35,716 nt of DNA from the NCBI GenBank assembly GCA_037834085.1, contig JBBMKC010201716.1, positions 1-35,716 on the forward strand. Reading direction: 5' to 3'. Within the stretch, counting starts at the first letter, position 1; every line of letters starts with the position of its first letter. The position numbers were made by a program, and so were the translations under genes. The notes beneath the pieces were generated by a model. That model was not told where the DNA came from and made no database searches. It saw nothing but the letters and a program-made list of their open reading frames with translations. Below, one piece after another: positions 1 to 11,416 of the stretch. The stretch comes from Bipalium vagum (lineage: Eukaryota).

Positions 1-82
1 ATTCAAATAAATGGATTAATTATGATTATAGATTATGAAAGAGCATAGATTAATTTATAAGAAAATATTATTATTAATAATA

Positions 83-388
83 TTTTGTCTTAATGCATCT
101 CTGTAAGACACCACATTTACTTCTTCTGGCACCAATCTTCCTTTATCAAATCTCTTCATTTCATTATTAATTTCTTCTGAATCCTTCTTTTTCTTCCTTT
201 GCAAATCCAATGACAGCTAATTCTCTAACGTTTTTGGGTAATCCCAACATGTCGAAATAATCTTTACGCTTGTGTAGAAACTTATTGACATCATTTGATC
301 TTCGAAATAAGTCAGGCCTGTGTGATTCGGCTTAGAATTCTCTGGTGTTGGTCGTCATTTTAGCTGCGATATCAAGAAAATGTGCCAT
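83..388 (-). mobile_element. Probable LTR-retrotransposon (Gypsy-like) gag N-terminal relic, internally deleted
   Basis: MAHFLDIAAKMTTNTREF*AESHRPDLFRRSNDVNKFLHKRKDYFDMLGLPKNVRELAVIGF, then a shifted frame ...EEVNVVSYRDALRQN. The P..F....D...FL.....YF pattern resembles Gypsy gag N-termini (pattern recognition only). Confidence 0.5.
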
Positions 389-745
389 AGTTTGAACAAT
401 ATATTTTTGAATGATTTTTAGAACAATAATACTAAAAAAATTTCACATTCATAATAAATTAATATATTGTGCCATTAAAAATAAAAATGATTTTAAAATA
501 AATATTTTAATTAAATATTTAAAAATTAGAAATCAGTTTTAATACTCAAATTATACAATTTATAAAAAGGGTTTAAATTCTCACTGTAGTGTCCATATAT
601 CGAATAATATTTATGACATTTAAATAAGTTATAATTTTCATAAATATTAATATTTTTGTGCAGGTAATTAAAGTAGTATAATATTTCATCAGATGATCAA
701 ATTTCTACTTGATTTTGATAACCTAAATGTTAAGGGTTTGATATA

Positions 746-2143
746 TCAGGTAACGAACTAAGTTTTTTTCGTTTTTTAATTAAAAACTAAGACTAAAGTT
801 AAGTTTTATGTATTACTTAAAATATATAACCTGTTTAAACAGAACAAAAATGGGACTACAAAAGTTTATTCTGTTTAAGCGAAAAATTCTGTTTAAACAA
901 TATAATCATTAAAATAAAACACTAATAAAATACGATGTTGTTATAATTAAATTTTATTTCAAGCTAAAATATTCCGTAATTTTTCTCTGGATCAATTTTT
1001 CTTGAAAAGTCTATCTCTGAGATAGACGTATCCCATTTCAATAATTCCTTTTTGAAAATTTCGGATATCATCCAAGCATTTTTATTTATATGATAATGTA
1101 GATGTTCCAAGCTTTTATTTTTGAAACATCTCAGTTTTAAATATTTTCCAATAATGATAGAAGGCCTCTTTTCTTCAGTAATACTAGAAAAAAGAAAAAC
1201 TGTTAATCTTTCTTTTGATATTTTACCATCACTGCATTTGTCTCCTTTAAGTCTCATAGTTTTATTAGATAACATTTTAAAGAAAAGGTCAGTCTCGTCC
1301 CCATTAAAGATATTTCGATTTTCTTATCCCAATCTTAGTTGAGGTCATTGATCAATTAACCAATTTTGAAAAATCAACTGATCCACTACTTTAGATTCAC
1401 CAGAGACAATACCATATGTAATTGAATGGCGTTTTCTAAAACGTTTAATCCAACTTACGTTACAATTGAAATTTTTAATTTCCAATCTTTCAGCCAATTG
1501 AGCTGCTCTTTCAAGAAGTATTTGTGAAGAAATTGGAACATTTTTCATTCTTTGAAGTTTAAACTAGTTCAGTAATTCTGAATCAATGCTTTCCAAATGG
1601 GGTTTTTTTAACTTTCTTGGTGTCTAATGGCCGAGTTGAAATAGCATCACAAATTCTTTGTTATTTTTATCGATGAAACTATAGAAAGAAAAACCTTATG
1701 CTTTCCTGCATAATAAAAAGTATAGAGAAAAGAAGGTTCATAATTTGATAATCCTCCAACTCTTTTGGCCTTCCAGACCTCTCTTTGTCTTCCAATTAAA
1801 AATCGTAATAATTGAATTTTTTGAGCCAACTTTGCACGGTTCGCAGTTGCATTGTTTCTTCACCAAGCACCTCCTTAAGTTTTGAAACAGTTTTATTTGT
1901 GCTTGTGTTACTATTTCATTTGTAATAAATAATTGCTCGAATTTTTGATTTGTCCAGCGAACTTTTGGAGCACCTAATCCAGAGGATAATGATTAATAAC
2001 ATTAATTATACACTAAATTTGAAACTCACGTGTTTAAGTAGTAAACTTAAACAAAGAAAATTGAAATCGGTAGATAAATGAGAATCCCATGAGCTAACAA
2101 ATTTAAACAACTGAAAAACGAAAAAAATTAGTTCGTTACCTGA
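746..2143 (-). mobile_element. Mariner-TIR-bounded composite element (mariner ends plus pogo/Tigger interior), non-autonomous
   Basis: TIR TCAGGTAACGAACTAA(G)TTTTTTTCGTTTTT at 746-776 and its inverted copy at 2114-2143 differ only by one indel. TA flanks both ends (744-745, 2144-2145). A mariner N-terminal HTH runs from 1960 to about 1735: LDKSKIRAIIYYK*...RTVQSWLKKF...LEDKERSGRP. Confidence 0.85.
830..1735 (-). mobile_element. Decayed pogo/Tigger (CENP-B HTH plus DDE_1) transposase fragment with subterminal repeats
   Basis: ESIDSELLN*FKLQRMKNVPISSQILLERAAQLA...SWIKRFRKRHSI (CENP-B HTH), IFNGDETDLFF (first catalytic D), KISKERLTV...IIGK...RCFKN...NKNAWMISEIF. Three CTGTTTAA repeats at about 831-897 resemble pogo subterminal binding sites. 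Confidence 0.88.
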
Positions 2144-2324
2144 TAAATAGTGGAACCCAAAAAACCTCGTTTTTAATAAAATATTTATAATTTGAGTAAA
2201 ATATTTCTATCCTATGAAATATATTTTATTTATAATCACTGAGTAATGATAAAGCATTATATAACCATATTTTTGTCATATCTCGTTTAAATTAGCTAAT
2301 CTGAAGTACAACATAAAAATCTTC

Positions 2325-2611
2325 CTATTATGCAGGTCAACGATCGCTATCATGAAGTCAATTTTATCAATAATGTCTTGGACCAGAATGCAATCTAAAG
2401 TTTCTCATTACCATCTTACTTTCCTGATATGAACTTTATTGATTGCTTTGTACTCTGGATTCAAGTCAAAGCAGAGATTGACACGATCAAATTGGTGTGC
2501 CAAATAAATGTTTCTAGAACACTAATTGAGAGAACAAACAACGTACAAGCTGGCAGGCGACTTGAATCCATTGAGAACATAATTTTGTGTCATAGTGAAT
2601 ATTTCAAGTGA
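2325..2611 (+). mobile_element. Decayed Tc1-like transposase C-terminal fragment
   Basis: IMQVNDRYHEVNFINNVLDQNAI*SFSLPSYFPDMNFIDCFVLW aligns by eye with Tc1 FMQDNARPH...WP..SPDLNPIE..W. Confidence 0.6.
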
Positions 2612-4339
2612 ATATTGGTCATAACTAAAAGTATTTGTTAAGCAATATCATCTTTCTAAATATTATTACCATAAATTATAGTTATTTATATCTCATGTTA
2701 TGTTATAATAGAAAATATAAAATATATTATCAAACAAATAATTAATGAATGTCATGTTTAAAAGTCTTTCATATTCATTATTCTGACCATTTAGGCATAT
2801 ATAAATTAACATACCTAAGCAGTTTTAAAGAAATATTATTATTTATATAAAAATAATGAAAGAAATACCATAGAAAATATATGGTCTATAATTAATGAGT
2901 TTTTAAATGAAAAATTTGTGGTAGAGCTGCTCTATCAGTTTCCATGATTGAAAGAAAAAATATACTTAAGAAAATAAAATGTAGATGAGAAATAATTTTA
3001 GAAAATATATCGAATACATTTAAAAAGAGAAACTTTATAATATTCTTCATAAAATCTCCCGGAATTAAACCAATGAATATATATGTGAAGCATGTGAGCT
3101 ATGTATTATAATATATAATACATATTTCATAATAATAATATGAAGAGTAAAATATTAATATGATCCTAAAATTGTTTTTTCAGGAGGAAACAATGATTAA
3201 GGCTACTCACATAATAAGTAAGTAATAATAAAAAGTTTGCTCTAAATTAGATAGGCCGAAGTTATAATGAGTATAATGAATGTATCTATATGACCATGAC
3301 CCATCAGTCTAATTCAATAAATTCCGATTCTAATGATAATCCGATTTTATATGCTTGATCCTTAAAATAAATGAGTTTAAGTTAAAGTTTCTTCAATTTT
3401 ATCAAAATTGAAAGATCCAATGCTTCCCTTAGGAAATAATATAGATTTACTCAATTCACTCTCAACTTTTTTTTCGTTTTTTGCTCTATTAATCCTGACC
3501 TAATATGAATATTTTAAATTGAAACCGTTGAATTATAATGTGTGGGATAATAGCTTGAATATAGTTTAGAATCCAATAAGGTACCCTAATCATAGTTAAA
3601 TTCCAAGATCTGTGTGAGTGAATATATAGTAATCAAAATGGATATAAAGAAGGTAAGTAACATTGACTCAAAGTGTTACTGAATGTTTAAAGAATTTTAT
3701 TTAGAAATTTTTGAAAAAATACTTCCTTAATTGTTATTGAAACATTTTCCTGAAGAGAAATAGCAAGTGAATATTCCTTGATAAAGTAACGATAAAATGT
3801 TTGTGCTATGGTCAGGCTTAAAATACCATTTTATTAATTTACATTTGTTTTAATCATGCAGAAATCAAAGTATTTCAAATTATCACAAATGTTTCGGCCC
3901 ACAATTTCACATAGGGAATAATATTTATTTAGGAAAGAATTTCGACGTTAAAAAGCCTTGCCAACGGAAATTAATTAACCGTGAAAGAATCAGGAAATAT
4001 GAAATTGTTCTGGTGGATGATAAGAACAAACAAATGACTTTGATTAATGAACAAATTTTTTAGTCATTTTAGATTGGGAAAGGGAATGGGTCAGTAGTAA
4101 ATGTTTAAATACATTTTTTTTATTATATAACATTTGGCATATGTAAAATTGGAAATAAATTTAAGATGAGACAAAATTTTGTAATAATATAATTATAATA
4201 TAAAATAATAAATATTTTTATTATAAAATATTATTATTATTTGTGTGAAAAATCTGTAAAATCTCTGAAAGAAATGTTATTAAAGTACTGAGAAAATACT
4301 TTATGATATAGTTCAAAAGAATTTCTTGTTAGAATTAAT

Positions 4340-4341
<2 letters not shown>

Positions 4342-4396
<55 letters not shown>
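4342..4396 (+). repeat. (AAT)n microsatellite, about 18 units
   Basis: Uninterrupted AAT run next to the assembly gap. Confidence 0.97.
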
Positions 4397-4400
<4 letters not shown>

Positions 4401-4422
4401 ATGATATAGTTCAAAAGAATTT

Positions 4423-4553
4423 NNNNNNNNNNNNNNNNNNNNNNNNNNNNNNNNNNNNNNNNNNNNNNNNNNNNNNNNNNNNNNNNNNNNNNNNNNNNNN
4501 NNNNNNNNNNNNNNNNNNNNNNNNNNNNNNNNNNNNNNNNNNNNNNNNNNNNN
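4423..4553. other. Assembly gap (131 N)
   Basis: Run of N. Confidence 0.99.
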
Positions 4554-4898
4554 AAATAACTCTTTCTGGATCTAATACGTTTTCAATATAAAGAACTATC
4601 ATTTTCATATAAACATCAAAACCTCTGCATATGTTATATTAGGTTATGAAAATATCTTATCCGTTTTTTTAAGAGAAGAATAAACATGAATATTTCAATT
4701 TTCGAAAATCTTGCACTTCCGCTTCGCTTAAAAATTTATACACTTCCTCTACATTTTATTTTCATTTATTAATGTTTATGATCAATATGAAGCGAATAGA
4801 ATACAATGAAAAGGTTTAGTTTTTGTGATTATTACATAAAATTTTTTATAATATAAAAATTTCTTGATATAGAAATATGATTATTATAAAATTCAGTA

Positions 4899-5045
4899 CG
4901 AGGATGGTGTGAAAATTTTTCGAGCTTACAAAGATAGAACAAGCTTTTTTGATAAACATTATATTTATTTGTCAACAAAGTCTCCTTGCAACACAATAAA
5001 TTTATTCCTTTGCTATTCAGAGAATTTTTAATCCCGTTTATTCAA
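4899..5045 (-). mobile_element. Mariner 3' end remnant with TIR
   Basis: TA|CGAGGATGGTGTGAAAATTTTTCG TIR-like end. Minus strand reads WNKFIVLQGDFVDK* (mariner C-terminus W.KCI...GDYVEK*). Confidence 0.75.
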
Positions 5046-5093
5046 TATGTATTTTACATCTGTTTAATTTTATATTAATCCCTTATTTCATAT

Positions 5094-5462
5094 ATTAAGT
5101 TGAAGCATAAGTTTGTTCGTTTTTTATTTATTTATAAGTCAATAATATTTAAGCAAAAATAAAAAAACTATTTCATGATAAAGAAAAGAATATATCAATT
5201 AGGTATTGCCCACTATTATTTACAACTTTTTACATCGTCATACCAATTTCTTGATCCCGTTTTGTTGGTCTGAAATCAAAGTAATTCTCAAGCCAATTCT
5301 TCAGATCCTCAACATTGTTGAATGTTAAGTCGCGCATTAAATAATAACGTGACATTGTTGAACATAATGGTGATTACGTTTATGATTAATATATGAATTC
5401 AAAGTTAATTTTTAATCATCAAACCTTTTGTGAAAAACGACATTACTTTCGAGATGACCTAA
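5094..5462 (-). mobile_element. Internally deleted mariner remnant(s): C-terminus plus TIR-like ends
   Basis: MRDLTFNNVEDLKNWLENYFDFRP...GIKKLV*RC..KVVNNSGQYLID. TIR-like TA|TTAAGTTGAAGCATAAGTTTGTTCGTTTTT on the left and TA|TTAGGTCATCTCGAAAGTAATGTCGTTTTT (reverse) on the right are only partly similar to each other. Confidence 0.75.
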
Positions 5463-6180
5463 TAGCATATCTAGCAAGAATGAATAAAAGATGAAGATAG
5501 GCATCTTATCAATGCTTATCAATCATTACGTATTAATGCATTAAAACAAAATATTATTTAAAATCTGTTATTAACAGATAAAACCTAGAAGACAAAAATA
5601 CGAATAATATTTTAGAAACAATCTCGGTAATTATTTTTAAACAAAAATCAACAAATCAAACTCATTTTTAAAAATATTTGATGGTTTTTCTATATTGAAA
5701 TATCACAAACAAAAACAAAATAATGACATCGATGCCGGAATATAATGAGATAGAATAATTGTAGTTAATCAAAACCGAAATTTCATGTGATTTTTGATCA
5801 ATAATTAATTATTAATTTTGTGAAAGACAGAAAATTGTGAATAAAATTTATTTGAGAGGTATTTGAAATTCTTTCTGCAATCAAGTTGTGATTGAAATGT
5901 TAACTTCAATAACCCCACAAAAACCAAGAGGTTTCACAGAGCCTTACTAAGCGCGATTGTTTCCCAATTGACGATAATCTTGAAGGTTTGTAGTACTTAC
6001 ATTGATTTCATAAATTTTAAAAAATCTCGACCAAGATTTTAATTAAATGGTTAAATGTACTCTTAATATAATTTATTCAAAATATCATAATTCATTTTCT
6101 TAGAAAACAATGAAATTTGCGTTTCGAAAGATTTTTAAATACTAATCAATAGAGTCGTTTAATAAAAATATTAAACATTA

Positions 6181-6830
6181 TTAAGGTGTTCCATAAGTAA
6201 TCTACCATTTTAATTTAATTTTATAATTATACATTATTAATTAATATTATTATATTAAAGTCAATTATAAAGTTTATTTTAAGTTGCTATCATTTTTAAA
6301 AAACCTTCGTTCCAGATAATCCGCTATAGAACGAAAGAGGTGGTAATCAGATGGTGCTAGATTTGGACTATATGCTTGATGAGGAATCATTTCAAATCCA
6401 GCAAGTTCATCCATCTTTGTCATTGTTCTTTTTATCTATGTGTGGTCTTGCATTATTTTGTTGTAAGAGGATATGTTCTCTGTTGATCAATTGTGTGTAA
6501 CATTGAACACTGTTTTGTGAACACGATCTAATTGTTAACAATAAACTCCAGACCTTATCGGATAACCGTCTGGAATTAATTCAATATGTATGATGACCTC
6601 ATAATATAAATTAGAATTTTCTTTTTCAACCATGACTGCTTAACGACAGGTACCAATGGCTCACCAAGTAGATGCCATTGTTTCTTGTTATCAACGAACA
6701 CATAATAAATCCTCTTTTCGTCACATGTAACTATTTTTCGCCAAAACCCAGTGTTCCTTGAATAGTTCAGTAAGACTTGACAAATACGTACACGTTTTTT
6801 TGTTTTTCAGGTATTAAATCATGAAGTATT
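6181..6830 (-). mobile_element. Decayed mariner (DD34D) catalytic-domain fragment
   Basis: FWRKIVTCDEKRIYY, LLQQNNARPH and PHQAYSPNLAPSDYHLFRSI. TIR-like TA|TTAAGGTGTTCCATAAGTAAT at 6181. Confidence 0.9.
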
Positions 6831-7189
6831 TGTAAGAGATTCTGATATGTTTTCTCAAAATACGTTCAATGAGTGTGGAAAAGAGAAAGATAAAATGAAT
6901 ATATATATTTTCAATATTTCCATTTTATTTTATTAAAAGCCAATTAAATATTTTTTATATTAATATTTCAATGTTAAAATTTAATTTTAAAACGGGGATG
7001 TTTATAAACACTAATTAATTTGATAGGTTAATTTAATCCTATACAAATTTAATTAAAACTATTTCTAATTCAACTTAAACTTTATCCAATTTAATTTAAA
7101 CTTTGTTTAAAAATTTCATTACAAGTCCTAGATTTCAAATTTCAAAATGACACACAAAAAACAACTAAAAGATAATAATGGAAAAGGTT

Positions 7190-8100
7190 CAATGATGATA
7201 GCAGAAGAATTAGATGTAAACAGCAGTACTGTGAAATCTGTTCTTTCTCTATATAAAATAGTAAGACTAGCTAAGTAAATTTATTCAATTTATAAGTCTT
7301 TATAGGTGGAAGAATTCATGCTATTAAAAATAGAGTACCGAGAGAAAAGAAGATAACAGTTGGTATATCAGTATATGGCTAATCGCATAGCTGAAGATTG
7401 CAGTGTAGCATTGAAGACTTTACAATCCTAAATTAAAGAAAGATATTGTATAAATGTCTCATGCACCACCATAAGCACGAGCTTGGGACAAATGCACTAT
7501 TCAATCAAGAAAGTAGTATTGGTTCCTGTCGTCAGAAATACACCAAAGAATTTGATTATCCGAGAATGCTATTGCTCTTCTGCAAAATGAATCAAGTATG
7601 GTATTTGTCGATGCATTTGGGATTAGTTGTTTCACAAGAGTCTATAACGGAAGAAGCCTAGTGGGAACATCAGCAAGAAAAAGTGTTCGTGCAATAAGAT
7701 CGAAAAATATATTGATTTGTCCGAAAAAAACAAAATCCGGATTGATCTCTTTTATCATACTTGATAAAGCGTACAATTCTGAAGGCTTTAAAGCTATTTA
7801 GAGGACATGTTCACTAAATTAAAAAATTGTTAATTTATATCTTGAACAAAAATTATGAATAATTCAAGTATCCACAAAAAAGCTGAAAATAGAAAAAAAT
7901 TGAAGATCATCATTTCCAGCTGAATTTTCTACCGCCTTACTTACCATAACTGAATCCTATTGAAGAGGTTTTCGCAAAATGGAAATTTATCAAAACAGGA
8001 AATGCAAATACTATTGAAGAGTTAAATCAATGTATCAACCTTGCTAGTAAATTTATTTCCACCAATAATTGTGAAGGATTTCCAGCACTTGTACGATGAT
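7190..8100 (+). mobile_element. Decayed IS630/Tc1-type (DDE_3, about DD34E) transposase
   Basis: IAEELDVNSSTVKSVL (HTH), MVFVDAFGISCFTRVYNGRSLVGTSARKSV, IMNNSSIHK and FLPPYLP*LNPIEEVFAKWK, with multiple stops and frameshifts. Confidence 0.85.
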
Positions 8101-8334
8101 TTGTGCTAAAAGGAATAGAAGAAGCTTTTTTACGTTTTTGATTTAGACAATAAAGCCTTTTCTATTTTACATATAGTAATAGCAGTTTTTATAGCTTATT
8201 TAATAGTGTTTTAGATATAAAAATAGTTTTACATATAATAATTATATATTAATAATTAAAAGTCAAAATGTTACTGTAAAAGTCCAAAATTAAAAATTTA
8301 AATAAATTTAGAAATTGAAAAAAATGATTTTAGC

Positions 8335-8720
8335 AAGATTAATAACAATTCAAGACTAGATATATCTCCACAGGATTATGTTTTATTGAAGAAATGCCAG
8401 TGCAGTACATCAGATGTTGAAAGAAGCTTTTCCATGTTGAGAAATATGCTGTCTAATAAAAGAAATTTTAAACCTGAAAATGTTAAAATTATTTTGTGAT
8501 TGCAAACAATGCATCAATCAATTGTATTGATGTTGATAATTAATAAAATTTACTTACGATTACACGTTAAATTATTTTCACAACTTATTATGTAATATGA
8601 CTTGTATTTAAAAGTCAATTTCAATAGTTTTTATAGGTCAATTTCCGTCATTTTATGTCAAAATATTAGGTTAATTTTTATAATCTTTAGGTTAAATTTT
8701 TGGTAAGGATTGTCAATCGG
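8335..8720 (+). mobile_element. hAT-like transposase C-terminal (dimerisation) fragment and 3' subterminal repeats
   Basis: LLKKCQCSTSDVERSFSMLRNMLSNKRNFKPENVK (hAT S..VERxFS motif), followed by GTCAATTT/GGTTAA-type repeats. Confidence 0.75.
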
Positions 8721-8770
8721 TAAAGATTGCTCGATAGTAGATAATATATTTTAATAATAAAATAAACTGA

Positions 8771-9254
8771 TGTTACGAAAATTCGTAAGGTTTAAAAATG
8801 TAACTATAAATTCCTTACTAAGTGTAAAATTGTTGATTGTCCACAGTTCTAGGGTTCTTTTGTTCTTTATCTCTTTGATGGAAATCGTCCTCTACTGAAT
8901 GCCCGTGAATGTTTCTCTGTGAGTGTTCACTTGTGTTATAATTGAGCCCTTGGTGCGAATTATTGTGTGTCTTTTTACTATTTTTGTTGGTTTATGTACA
9001 AAAACTTTTCTGTAATTTTTATTTTTAGAAACATGATTTCTATTTTTACAAATTTATTTTATTTGCCTTAATTCTGTTTTTAGAAACATTATTTTATTTA
9101 CATTAATTTCTATTTTTAGTAATTTCTAGTTTTTATATTTGTTTTCTACATAAATCCTTTGTTTATTTATTTTATGGTAATGTTGATAATTTATAATAAA
9201 TAAAATAATAATAATAATAAAAATAATAATTATTTTTGTCTTTCCCTTATTACA
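8771..9254. mobile_element. Candidate solo LTR
   Basis: Bounded by TGTTACG...TTATTACA (TG...CA with short imperfect inverted ends), 484 bp, non-coding with a GC-richer core. The flanks CTGA/AAGA match only 2 of 4, so a TSD is not confirmed. Confidence 0.35.
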
Positions 9255-9647
9255 AAGATAAGAATAAAAAGTCATAAAAAGAATTGTTTATCAAAAATGT
9301 CGTTATTTGGGATGCTCCACAAATACATGAAAATCAAAAATCATTTGATTTCATAAAATCACTATGATTTCAAATAAAAGAGTAGCCTATAAAAATGATG
9401 ATTTTTGCAGTTTTGGTGTTTTTAATATATTTACTTTCAACCTTTCAAAATAATTATTTCATACATTTACAACAATGTATTTAGATTAAACGAATGTCTC
9501 ACACTTGAATTTAATTAAAATTAATATTTTACTAAAATTTAGTAAAACATTCATAAAAAACAGATTTTTTTTCGTTTGATAGTGAGTTACATAGTTCCAT
9601 AAACAGTGTTTTTAGAATGATAATTAATTAATTAACCTCTTATCTTT

Positions 9648-9664
9648 TATTATTATTATTATTA

Positions 9665-9705
<41 letters not shown>

Positions 9706-9710
9706 TTATA
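9648..9710 (+). repeat. Interrupted (TTA)n / poly-T low-complexity tract
   Basis: TTA runs separated by T stretches. Confidence 0.85.
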
Positions 9711-10203
9711 TAATTTTTTTAATTATTTAATGTTTTCAAAAAACATATGTTACATCAAATAAATGAACAATTTAATTTTATTTTTAATCTGGTTTAGTAT
9801 GATTAATTTATTACTTACTGAAAATTTCTTTAAATAATAAATTACTGTCAGATAACAACTACTGCATTATAAATTTATTAAGTCATCTGGGATAAATATT
9901 ATATTTTTGTAGGAATAACTATTATATTTAAAATTGTCTTTTATTTAAAATTAAATGTGTTTATTTAAAAGAAATAAAAATAATGAAGTTTTAAACTTAA
10001 TAGAAATCTGCAAATGATCATTTGTGGATTTCTTTCAGAACTTGTAAATTTTAAATGGCATTTAAATGAAGTAGAATGAAAGCAGACGTCACCATTTATA
10101 ACTGTTGTCATCTTTTTAATGATATTTCAGTAAAATGTTTTCCTTAATGAGTTTTTCCAATACAGAAACTGTGTACTAAATTAACTGAGGAATATAATCA
10201 TTA

Positions 10204-10565
10204 TTAGGTTGTATCAAAAGTTTTCGTGATTTGATAGTTTTATTTTCTTTTATAAAAATAAATATTTTTATAACAATTCTTAAAATCATGATATCATTGA
10301 TATTTTACTGTAAAACGATATTTGTAAGTTTTTTTAAAAATAAACATCAATGCATTTATTTGAATTTATAATTATAGTAAAATGAAAACAGGAATAATTG
10401 CAATTCGAGTTTTGATCCGTCATTATTAGAATAGAGGATTTACTATTGCTGCCACCATAAGGAATATTTATGATATTGAAAAAGGTATAGTCCCCTATAA
10501 TTCAGTCTCAGACTGATTAAAAATATTCAAAACGGAGATTTAATTTTTAAAAAATAAATTACGTT
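10204..10565 (+). mobile_element. Mariner 5' remnant (TIR plus N-terminal HTH)
   Basis: TA|TTAGGTTGTATCAAAAGTTTTCGTGATTTG TIR. ATG at 10382 gives MKTGIIAIRVLIRHY*NRGFTIAATIRNIYDIEKG, matching IRVLLRHYWK.G...A..R.I..EG. Confidence 0.82.
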
Positions 10566-11299
10566 TTTAAAAACGTTTATAGATTTTTGTAAAAATTTGA
10601 TACTTTCCTCAGAATAGATATTTATACACAATTTCGGAATATTGTAAGTATAAAAATGAAATATTAACAATAAAATTATGCTAAATATTTTCAGAATTCA
10701 ATTTTCTCAATTATATTTATAAATATTTTAATTATATTAATTATACTTAAATTAAATTAATTATATTTAGATTAAATTAATTATATTTATAGATATTTTT
10801 TATTAAAATATTCATAAATAAAAATAAAAATTCATCCCCATAAGTAATTATGACAACTTCATATTGAATGTTCATTTATGCCTAAATACAATGTTTACAG
10901 TAAATGTAAATGACTTTTCTTTTATAGATCAATTTTATGTTAAAATAAAATTACTTCAAATGACCATATGTAACAAGAACAAGTGTATTTTTTCAGACCA
11001 AGAATGATGCGTTCACAATTATTATGAAATTCCAAATTCTTTTATTCCCTTTTTCATTTCATATATTTGTGAAAAAAGAGGAGAAAGAAATTGTAGTAAA
11101 GTGAGAGATTTCTTGGATGACTCGAAATAAACATTAAAATATTTAATTTTTATTGAAAAACAAAAATATTTTTGGAACATTATATTAAAAATTTACGCTT
11201 TCTTTTTATACAGTGTTTTCAGGTTAATTTAATACAATACAAATTTAATTTAAACTTTATTATAACTTGATATTTACTATTATTTTTTTAACTATTATA

Positions 11300-11416
11300 A
11301 TTTTTTTGACTTTATTTTTTAATTATTTTGACTTTATAAATTATTATTATAGTTCTCTTTTGACTTTTAATTGACCGTCAATTTTCTTTTGACTTTATTG
11401 ACTTTTGGGTGTCCTA
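11300..11416. mobile_element. Subterminal repeat array and terminus of a probable hAT-like DNA transposon
   Basis: Five TTGACTTT motifs ending in GGGTGTCCTA (reverse TAGGACACCC). No partner end identified. Confidence 0.45.

Noticed and set aside
686-692. Other CTGANGA cores (686, 3750, 23305, 26471, 33494) as hammerheads
   Set aside because: None is followed by a stem II and a correctly placed GAAA/NUH.
1121-1342. Plus-strand ORFs at 1121, 20191, 20593 and 34611
   Set aside because: They are antisense shadows of transposon coding relics.
1951-1977. TTAGGTGCTCCAAAAG as a separate mariner TIR
   Set aside because: It overlaps the transposase start region. The real paired TIRs are at 746 and 2143.
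2420-2521. Minus-strand AG...GTAAG exon-like frame (CSRNIYLAHQFDRV...)
   Set aside because: It is the antisense of a Tc1 relic and has no channel similarity.
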